The notes under the pieces were generated by a model that made no database searches, was not told the origin of the DNA, and saw nothing but the letters and a program-made list of their open reading frames with translations. Below are positions 19,978-27,800 of a stretch of 63,987 bases of DNA, piece by piece; the stretch's first letter is position 1; every line of letters starts with the position of its first letter. Position numbers and translations under genes: made by a program. This DNA is from an uncultured Gemmatimonadota bacterium (GTDB lineage: Bacteria > GCA-2686955), in the NCBI GenBank assembly GCA_964490075.1, contig CAZBBK010000030.1, positions 1-63,987 on the forward strand. Direction: 5' to 3'.

Positions 19978-20993
19978 GCTTTCGTCGCGGGTCTGGCGGC
20001 CGAGCTCGGTCAGGCGGTAGCGCTGCTTGCTGCTGCGGGGCTTGTCGGGGATGGTCATTTCGACAAAGCTGCCATCCAGAGCCGGCTGCAGGTAGCCCTC
20101 CAAAGAAGTTCGCGCGACCTGCCAGGCCGAGTTGGGATTGGATCTGTGCGCGACTCATCTCGCCCTCGACAACCCTCGAGAGATCGAGCACTTGTCCTGT
20201 GACTTGTCCTGTGACTTGTCCTGTGACCTGCCGGGTGACCTGCCCTGCCACCTGATCCCGCACCGCCCGCTCGTGCACCGGCAGTCGAATCAGGAAGTAG
20301 CTGCGGTCTTCGTCGGTGTCGAATTCGGGCGGTGGCGATCCGTTCTGATCCATGGCTCGCAGGATCTTGCGGGAAGTTCCAGAGACGCTCGGCCTCGGGG
20401 CGATCGGGGTGCTTGATCACCGTCTGCTTCAGGTAGTTGCGCTCGATATAGGCGATCGCGTCGCGGGTGATTTGGGCGAGTGGTCCAACGAACTCCTTCT
20501 CTTCGAAACGATCGCCGCCCGCGTCTTCGTCCTCGCCTTTGGCCTCCACCGTGCTGGTGTAACGCCGAATGTAGTAGCGACGCTCGCTGCGCTTGGCGGT
20601 AACCGACTTGAGCACCTTGTAGGGTCGGTGGGTGCCCCCGTGCGCCCAAACGACAATGATGTTGCGGTTCTCGAAGCGTTCGACGCTCACGTTGGGAAAG
20701 TACGGCGGCTGGATCTTGGCGCAGTGCGCCAGCAGCTCTTGTTGGATGCGGTCGATCTGCTCCCTGCGTACACCAATCGGGGGAAACACCGGCTGGCCAT
20801 CGGCGTCGCAATCCTGGCCGATAATAATGTCGCCACCTCCGAGATTGGCGAAGTCGTTGGCGAAAGCGCAGATGGTGCGCAGGGTGGGGTCTGGGTTCCA
20901 GCCGGCTTTGTATTCGATTCGTTCGCTTTCGACGAAACGTTGGGGCCGCTGGTCGCGTTGGTTGATGGGGAGTGGGGTGGTGGGTTGCGTCAT
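19975..20993 (-). pseudogene. Decayed AlbA_2/Schlafen-domain ATP-binding protein with Fic-like C-terminal wHTH
   Basis: ESERIEYKAGW..ICAFANDF..GGG.IIIG; internal deletions; frame switch to NGSPPPEFDTDEDRSYFLIRLPVH and QVTG repeats; second switch to YLQPALDGSFVEMTIPDKPRSSKQRYRLT, stop at 19975-19977. Confidence 0.85.
20190..20255. repeat. 12-bp tandem repeat (acttgtcctgtg x3 plus degenerate units) encoding a QVTG linker
   Basis: Directly visible; lies inside the AlbA_2 pseudogene. Confidence 0.85.
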
Positions 20994-21082
20994 GGCGATC
21001 TCAGGCAACCCATCCTCACGTATCCTCGCGGCCATCGATACCGTTTGTACGCAAGGTAGAATGCCCTTTCTACGCAGTCTGT

Positions 21083-21117
21083 GGTGAAGGCGACGGGTTT
21101 CACAACGCCATGGTTCA
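21083..21117. repeat. Relic copy of the helicase gene start (ATG GCG TT GTG AAA CCC GTC GCC TTC ACC on the minus strand)
   Basis: 19/20 identity to 19944-19963 plus shared gccatgg; ATG lies 3 nt after the RNA ligase stop. Confidence 0.75.
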
Positions 21118-21807
21118 ACGTTTGGTTGAGGGGGAGAGGCGATTGCGGCGCAGCGGGCCACGGCTCCAGTGCGTGTCGATAGCCTGCACGAACTCCGCGC
21201 GCACCAGCTTGGCGCGCTGCACCAGCCAATCGCCCGAGTCGACTCGAACGTAGATTCCCTCCATGGGGGCCGACCCCACGCGCGACGTGGTCATTCGCGC
21301 CACGAGTTCCTGGTGCGAGAAACGCCCCCGGCCCAGCTCAGGCACTCGTTGGAGGCCGAGCCCGTCGAGCAGCTCGTTCCGGCGGGGTGTAGACCAGAAT
21401 CGGCCCTGGACACGATCAAGGAGGTCGAAGCCCAGGAACCAGCCGGGCAGTGCGTCGTAAGGGACGCTGTGAACCGCGGCGCACCACTCGCCGAAGAGGA
21501 TGAGGTCGGGCCACAGCGCATCTAACAGCGCCTCGCGCCTGGGGGCGAGCCAGGGCCAGAGCGATCGAAACTGTGGATGACACACATCGGGGGAGAGCCA
21601 GCTCCCCCGGTTTTGGGCGAGCAGCTCGCCGTCGTCGTTGGCGGAGAGGCCGAGGCTGGCGCCGTCGATCTTCTCTTCGAGGACGAGCTCGTTTCCCAGA
21701 AGTGTTGCCACCTCGTCGGCGCACAGGACCTTGTCCGCCCGCGGTGATCCTGCGCCGAGCCAGGCAAGGTGCGGGGTGTGGGGGAAGCGGTGGAAGGGCG
21801 GTGTCAT
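21115..21807 (-). CDS. RNA ligase family protein (Rnl2-like nucleotidyltransferase fold)
   Basis: FPHTPHL, motif I EEKIDG, III LFGEW, IIIa FLGFDL, IV MEGIYVR, V RAKLVR; ATGA overlap with the PIN gene. Confidence 0.9.
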   Translation of the reverse strand: MTPPFHRFPHTPHLAWLGAGSPRADKVLCADEVATLLGNELVLEEKIDGASLGLSANDDGELLAQNRGSWLSPDVCHPQFRSLWPWLAPRREALLDALWPDLILFGEWCAAVHSVPYDALPGWFLGFDLLDRVQGRFWSTPRRNELLDGLGLQRVPELGRGRFSHQELVARMTTSRVGSAPMEGIYVRVDSGDWLVQRAKLVRAEFVQAIDTHWSRGPLRRNRLSPSTKR

Positions 21808-22304
21808 GGGTTGTTCTTGGAGCTGAACTTGTCTCGCAGCCAATCCTCGAGCAGATGCTCCACGCGCGCTCCGGCGGCGGCGAGCTGCGCCTCGATCTCC
21901 AACCAGTCCGTGTCGGTCGCGTTGACCAACGTGGTCCCATTGACGTCTTCGAGCAACGCCGCCAGCAGCTTGCGATCAGATGGTTCGAAATCGGCGAACG
22001 CCTCTGGCACCACTCCGTACCCGTTGGCGTCGTAAGTCACCGGCACAAAGCGTGCGGTGGCCATTTTCTGGTTGATGAGCTGCATCCCGTAGTCCTGATC
22101 GGAGAGCTTGTTGCGGTACTCCCCATAGATCTTGAAGTCCGTATCCCAGACGATCTGTCGGGTGTTGTTGGCACGGAACGCTACCAACCACTCGAAGACC
22201 GTGTTCTGCAATGCCGGGGGAAGGCCTGAATCGTCGAAGGGAGAGTCAGGATCCGCCGCGCTCGCCACGAGCAGCACGTTGGTGTCGATCACGTGGTCAG
22301 CCAC
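21804..22304 (-). CDS. PIN-domain-like protein
   Basis: VIDTNVLLVA, IYGEY, SDRKLLA, NATDTDW acidic pattern; overlaps the ATPase stop. Confidence 0.7.
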   Translation of the reverse strand: MADHVIDTNVLLVASAADPDSPFDDSGLPPALQNTVFEWLVAFRANNTRQIVWDTDFKIYGEYRNKLSDQDYGMQLINQKMATARFVPVTYDANGYGVVPEAFADFEPSDRKLLAALLEDVNGTTLVNATDTDWLEIEAQLAAAGARVEHLLEDWLRDKFSSKNNP

Positions 22305-23646
22305 GGTCGCACTCCGCGGCCCGCGCCCGGAGGCGCGTGATCATGCTGCGCATCTGGCGCTCGGTCTCGCCGATAGCGTCGCCGAAGAACTTGTCGGGCC
22401 AGTTGGCGATTCGCCCGAACTCGTCGGTCTCGAGCCGATGCAGCGAGGCCGCGCCATCCTCGTCGTGGTCCGCGAAGTACATGCGACAGTCGTTCGGTGA
22501 GATCTTCTCGTCCGCGATCAAAAACTGAAGACGCCTGAAGACGTGCTCGGAGTGGGTCTCCACCAGGAACTGCACCTGTCGTTCCCGCGCGACCTCCACC
22601 ATCAGCTCAGCCAAGCCGACTTGCGCTCGCGGATGGAGATGGATTTCTGGCTGCTCCGCGATGATCACGCTTCCCCGGGGAACGAAATGGGCGAGCACGA
22701 TCATCGGCAACACTTGCGAGATCCCGAATCCGACATCGACGATATTGGCGCGCTGACCCCGTGTCGTGAGGACGACCTCGAAGTAGCGCGAAGGCCCCTG
22801 ACGCTCCAACTCCAGGCTATCGGCAACACCGAGTCTTGTGAGCCACTCGGATACCCGCTCGACCAGCCAGCCGCGGCCACCTTCCTGGCCGACTTTCTGC
22901 TTTTTGCGGCTATTGGCGCTGGCGAGCAGGGCGTGTACGGCGCGTTGGCCCCGTGGTCCGAGATCTCCCGGCGTCTGTCGTCCCCACAAATAGCTACGTT
23001 CGGGGGACTCGCGCAGAGGGCCCAAGTAGGCAACTCTGTCGAGGATGTGCCGTCTGGTAGCAAGGGCCAGGTCCTGAGCTCGGCTGCCGGCCTCACCCAG
23101 CTCCGCCAACGCATCCGCGGGCAGGGTCAAGGACCGCTCCGGTTGAAAGGTGCGCCGCGCGATCGGGCGACCGCCGACGATCGTCGGTTCGTAGCCGGGG
23201 GCTTCCAGGCGGTATCCGCCCTTGGACTGACGCCTCGCGGCGTAGGTCCTGTCTCCCTCCGCGTACTTCAGCTCCCGCAAGGCGGGGACCGTTCTGACGT
23301 GCCCGAAGTGCGCCTCATAGGTAAAGCTCGATGGTCCGCTGTGCTCGACGCCCAGGTCATCCAGAGACAGGCCGAACCCCATGTCCAACGACACGTCGTG
23401 GCCGTGAATCACGTCCTCGTAGCTGCCGAGGTCGAGTAGATCTCCCTTCTGGCCGCCCAGGTTGAGGTCCAGGCTGCGATCCGTGGATCCGAGGGTCTGC
23501 CCGAGCAGCAGTGGCACCTGTAGGAGGCTGGTTTTTCCTGAAGAGTTGGGGCCGAGGAGCAGCGTCACGGGCGCCAGCTCGACCCCGGGCTCCCACAGCT
23601 GCTCGTTCCAAGCCTTGAAGTTCTTGATGCGCAGTCGGGTGAACAT
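22297..23646 (-). CDS. ABC-type (AAA_15/AAA_21) ATPase with C-terminal DUF3696
   Basis: RLRIKNFKAW, Walker A GPNSSGKT, VGFGISQVLP, IIAEQPEIHLHP, VETHSEH, GRIANWPDKFFG. Confidence 0.92.
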   Translation of the reverse strand: MFTRLRIKNFKAWNEQLWEPGVELAPVTLLLGPNSSGKTSLLQVPLLLGQTLGSTDRSLDLNLGGQKGDLLDLGSYEDVIHGHDVSLDMGFGLSLDDLGVEHSGPSSFTYEAHFGHVRTVPALRELKYAEGDRTYAARRQSKGGYRLEAPGYEPTIVGGRPIARRTFQPERSLTLPADALAELGEAGSRAQDLALATRRHILDRVAYLGPLRESPERSYLWGRQTPGDLGPRGQRAVHALLASANSRKKQKVGQEGGRGWLVERVSEWLTRLGVADSLELERQGPSRYFEVVLTTRGQRANIVDVGFGISQVLPMIVLAHFVPRGSVIIAEQPEIHLHPRAQVGLAELMVEVARERQVQFLVETHSEHVFRRLQFLIADEKISPNDCRMYFADHDEDGAASLHRLETDEFGRIANWPDKFFGDAIGETERQMRSMITRLRARAAECDRG

Positions 23647-23649
23647 GGA

Positions 23650-23790
23650 TCAGCCTCCGTCTCGTGATGATACGCGGCCGAGCGCCCGCGCATGCCGCTC
23701 GCACTCCGCCCAGCTCTCCTCGGGTGTCTGCTCGAGCTGCCAGTCCAAGAAGCGCGGCTCCAGCACGCTTGCCACGGGTTGAAGGTTCAT
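23650..23790 (-). pseudogene. 46-aa mini-ORF duplicating the methyltransferase C-terminus (MNLQPVASVLEPRFLDWQLEQTPEESWAECERHARALGRVSSRDGG)
   Basis: Manual translation; ATG overlaps the YhcG stop; ends 3 nt before the ATPase ATG and carries its GGAGG RBS. Confidence 0.8.
23681..23782. repeat. 102-bp direct repeat copy A (copy B at 24891-24992), flanking yhcG
   Basis: Ungapped alignment at offset 1210; 11 mismatches in 102 nt by hand count. Confidence 0.95.
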
Positions 23791-24839
23791 GGGCGCGTTC
23801 CGCCGTCGGCATCCGGCAATGGGACCCGGTCTCTTGCGCGATCGATCGCGGCGTGCAATCTGGCTCGCAGGAGTTCGCGAGGAGGGAGCGCGGTGAGGTA
23901 TTCGGCGACGTGGATACCGGCCTCCTCCAACTCGAGGAGCTCGATCATTTCGTGCCCTTTGTCGGCGCAGAGGATGAGCCCGAGCGGGGTCGCTTCTCCC
24001 GATCGCCGTTCGTGCTTGTCGAGCCAGCGCAGGTAGAGCTCGACCTGTCCCTTGTCCGCCGCTCTGAACCGGTCGAGCTTGAGCTCGATTGCGATCAGGC
24101 GACGCAGCCCGCGGTGGAAAAAGAGCAGATCGATGTAGAAGTCATCGCCGTCGACAACGATGCGTTTCTGGCGAGCTACGAAGCTGAAATCGGTCCCGAG
24201 CTCCAGCACGAACGCCTCGAGCTCACGGAGGATGGCGTGCTCGAGGTCCCGCTCGCTGTAGGTGTCATGCAGCTCGAGGAAGTCCAGGAGGTATGGATCT
24301 CGAAACACCAACGCCGGCGTGAGTTGGTCCTCATCTCGCAACTGATCGAGCTCTTGGCGAATGAGGGCATCGGGCTTCTTGGACAGCGCCGTACGCTGGA
24401 AGAGCACTCCGGCAATCTTCGCGCGCAGCGTGCGCACGCTCCAGCCTTCGACGCGGCACATCTCGGCGTAGAATTCGCGGGCCAGGGGCTCTTTGACGAG
24501 CAGCAACTCGACGAAGTGGCTCCATCCCAATCGTCTCGACAGCGTCGAGACAATCTGCTCATCCGGAAAGACCTCGGCGAGCTGGATCATCCGGTGCAGA
24601 TTCGGTCGACTGAAACCACGACCATAAGCGTCGGTCAACTCATCCGACACTGTCGAGACAATCCGCCGGCCGTAGGGCGCGCGCCCTTCATGCAGTAGCT
24701 CGCTGTGGATGCGTCGTCCGATCTTCCAGTAGAGCAGCACGAGCTCCTGATTGACGGCTACCGCGGTCCGGTGGCGGGCGCTCTCGATCAGGGCACGCAG
24801 CTCGGTCAAGAGGCCGGCGGGCACGGGCAGCTCGGACAT
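23787..24839 (-). CDS. yhcG: YhcG/DUF1016 PDDEXK nuclease-domain protein
   Basis: AVNQELVLLYWKIG, GRGFS..NL, LGWSHF, WSVRTL, FRDPYLLDFL, FVARQKRI, FYIDLLF, IAIELK, GQVELYL. Confidence 0.95.
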   Translation of the reverse strand: MSELPVPAGLLTELRALIESARHRTAVAVNQELVLLYWKIGRRIHSELLHEGRAPYGRRIVSTVSDELTDAYGRGFSRPNLHRMIQLAEVFPDEQIVSTLSRRLGWSHFVELLLVKEPLAREFYAEMCRVEGWSVRTLRAKIAGVLFQRTALSKKPDALIRQELDQLRDEDQLTPALVFRDPYLLDFLELHDTYSERDLEHAILRELEAFVLELGTDFSFVARQKRIVVDGDDFYIDLLFFHRGLRRLIAIELKLDRFRAADKGQVELYLRWLDKHERRSGEATPLGLILCADKGHEMIELLELEEAGIHVAEYLTALPPRELLRARLHAAIDRARDRVPLPDADGGTRP

Positions 24840-27800
24840 CAGCGCTCATCCTCCGTCTTCATCTCGGGCACGTCCCCTCGATCGTGCGCGAGCACCCGAG
24901 CATGCCGCTCACACTCCGCCCAGCTCTCCTCGGGCGTCTGCTCTAGCTGCCAATCCAGAAAGCGCGGCCCCAGCACGCTGGCCACGGGCTGAGGCGCACG
25001 AGCCCGCTCGTCGTGCCCGAGGTCGTGGTCGGCGAGTCGCAGGGTCTCCGGCAGCAGCCAGCCCTCGCCGTCGTTTTGCTCGGTGAAGGCGCTGATGCCG
25101 GCGTCGCGGTCGCCGCTTGCGGCGTCGATCTGTTGCTGCAAGGCGTCGAAGGCTACCAGGGAGAGCACGGTGTGGCGCAGCTCGGGGGGTTTGTCTTTGT
25201 CTACGCGCCAGAAGCCCTTTGGGTCGAGGGTGCGGGTGAAGTTGCGGTCCGAGAGCGTTGCGACCGGGTGGTCGCAGTCGCGCAGGATCCAGGCGAAGTC
25301 GGGGCGGTCGAGGCCGTAGAGGGTGGCGACGATGGCGTCGAGGATGGAGCGTATGCGGAGGCGTTCGTGGGGGGTCAGGGCCCAGGCAGTAGCCGGGGTA
25401 GACGTCCGACAAGATGGTGCGAATACTGGGTGAACCGAGGTAAGACGCTTGGCCAATCGGCCGAGGCCCCCCAGACATGTATTCAGCCCTGGTAGCGCCG
25501 TCTCCTCGATGATGAAGTAATTCAAGGTCAACCCGCCCAGGCGCACACGTAGTTGCGCATCGTACGCGAACGAGTTGAGCACAGCACTCAGCGATGGCCC
25601 GTCCAGTTCCGTCGTCTGAAGCAACGGCGTCTTGTTGCCCGCGGGAAATGGAGGAACCACAGCAGCGATCATCGTCCGCTGGTTTGTCGCGGACGAGACA
25701 TCCATGAAGAGCACCTTCGTGAGGGCGTCGGTGGCTCGGTGCTCGGCGTAGTCTGCCTCGCTCATCAGGAACTGCGGCTCAAGCACCTTCGCATCCCACG
25801 GAATGTCCCGCCAAACAGCCGTCCGCCCCTTCCCACTCACCCACCCCTTTTCGCTGAAGTCGAACTGCCCGATCATCCGTCCCTCGAAGAGCGGCAGCGC
25901 CACATCCCCCCCCGGCCCAATCCACCGCCCATACTCATCCGGCCGATACCCCTTCGCCTCCCACTTCTCCCGCGGCGGGAAGAGCTTGGAGTCGTTGGTC
26001 ATGTCGAACTCGCGGGCGTACTTGATCCCCCAACCGTCGGGGCTCTCGTCGCCGAGCAGCACGCCGTTGTCGTAGATCTTCTGGAGCACCGCGAGGTCGC
26101 GCTCCGAACGGATCTCGAGGATGGACAGCGACCTGGGGCTGAACGCCTTGACCCGCTCCGCCGGGTACTCCAGCACGTACTCTGCGCCGTCGGCCCGCCC
26201 CCAGTCCTCCAAGTCGTGGCGCATAAAGGCCGCCCCGATGCCCTCGGTCTGGCCACCCTTCTGCGCGATCAAGATGCAGAATTTGAAGCTGCGATGGATG
26301 TCGAAGATCTTGTCGCGGTTCTCGAAGCCAAACAGCCACCGCCACCGGCTCTGCTCCAGGAGCAGACGGCGCAGATCCCCGGTACCCTTGTCGGTGTAGA
26401 TCCCGCTGGGCACGATGAGACCCAGCTCGCCGCCTTCGCGAAGCAGCGCGTGGCCCGCCTCGACGAACATCTTGTAGGTGTTCAGGTCGGCCGAGCCCTG
26501 GTGGCGGAAGGGGTGGCCCGGGTCTGCGAAACCCCGGTGCGCACGACGCTGCTTTCGCCAGTGCTCGTGGAGTGGCCCGCCCGCCTTCCCGCGTGCGAGC
26601 GAGACGTCGCCGCCGCCGTGACCGGCGATCTTGCCGTCGCCGAAGGGCTCACCGGCGTAGCGGACGAAGTTCCCCCGCGCCTTGTAGTCGGCGACGTAGC
26701 CCAACCACCGCTCCTCCTCTGCTGGCTGGTCTTCGAAGATCGCCCGCTGCCGACGAAGCGCCTCCTGCTTGCCGTAGCTTCGGTAGAGGGGGTCGAGGTT
26801 GGAGAAGTACTCCTTGCTGCTGGGCTTCTGGATCTCCCACGGTGGGTTGCCGACCACGGCGTCGAAGCCGGCGCCGCGCTTGTGGAAGACGTCAGGGTAC
26901 TCGAGCTCCCAATGGAAGAAGCGCCGGGCCGGCGTGCCGACCATCTCCTCGACGATCGCGACCGCTTCCGCGCTGGGCGCGTGCAGGGTCCGCGGGTCCG
27001 GGGCCGCGTCGAGTTTGTCGAGGGGCCAGAACCACAGCGCCGTCCAGACGTCGAACGCCGCCCTGAGGCGGTCGATGGCTGGGTGGTGCTCGATCTGCTG
27101 TCGGTAGAGCCGCGCCCGCCGGTCCGGACGGTTGGCGGGGATCCGGCGCAGCTTGGCGAAGAGGTCACGCACGGTCTCCAGGTCTCGACGCATCGCGCCG
27201 TCGTCGTCCTCGTAAGCGATCGGAATCTGCCCGGAAACGGCCTCTTGGAGAATCTGGTTCTGGCCTGCGATGACCGTTTTCCTCTTAGCGCCCAGCGCCT
27301 TGTGCCATCGCCCGGACTCATGATGCACCCCCTTGTACTTGTAGTCGGGGCTGTCGCGCAGCCACGCCAGGAGCGGGTACTCGCGGAAGCGGTCGACCCA
27401 GCAGCCCACGAGCGAGTTGCCGGCCTTGAGCTTGTGGTCGAGGAAGGTAAACGGCAGCTTGTCGTCGAGTGTCTCCACCCAGAGCGCGACCTTGGCGAGC
27501 TCGACCGCCAGTGGGTTGATGTCCACGCCGTAGAGGCAGTGCTCTACGACGTAGCGTTTGATGCAGTCCTCGAACTCCTCGTCGAAGCGCGGATCGTCGG
27601 CCGCGAAGGGGAAGACCCGATCGCTCTCCGCCAGCGTGGCGATCTCCACCCGCGTGCGCGTGCCCTCGCCGTGCACGCGCCCGTGGGTGTAGGCGCCTTC
27701 GATGACGGCCTGAGTCAGCACGCGTAGGGCCGCCACCAAGAAGGACGCCGATCCCATGGCGGGGTCGACGACCTTGAGTGTGAGAATCTCCTCGGGAGTG

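Noticed and set aside
19975-20993. Programmed frameshifting in the AlbA_2 gene
   Set aside because: Two frame changes plus large internal deletions fit decay better; no clear slippery site with a stimulator.
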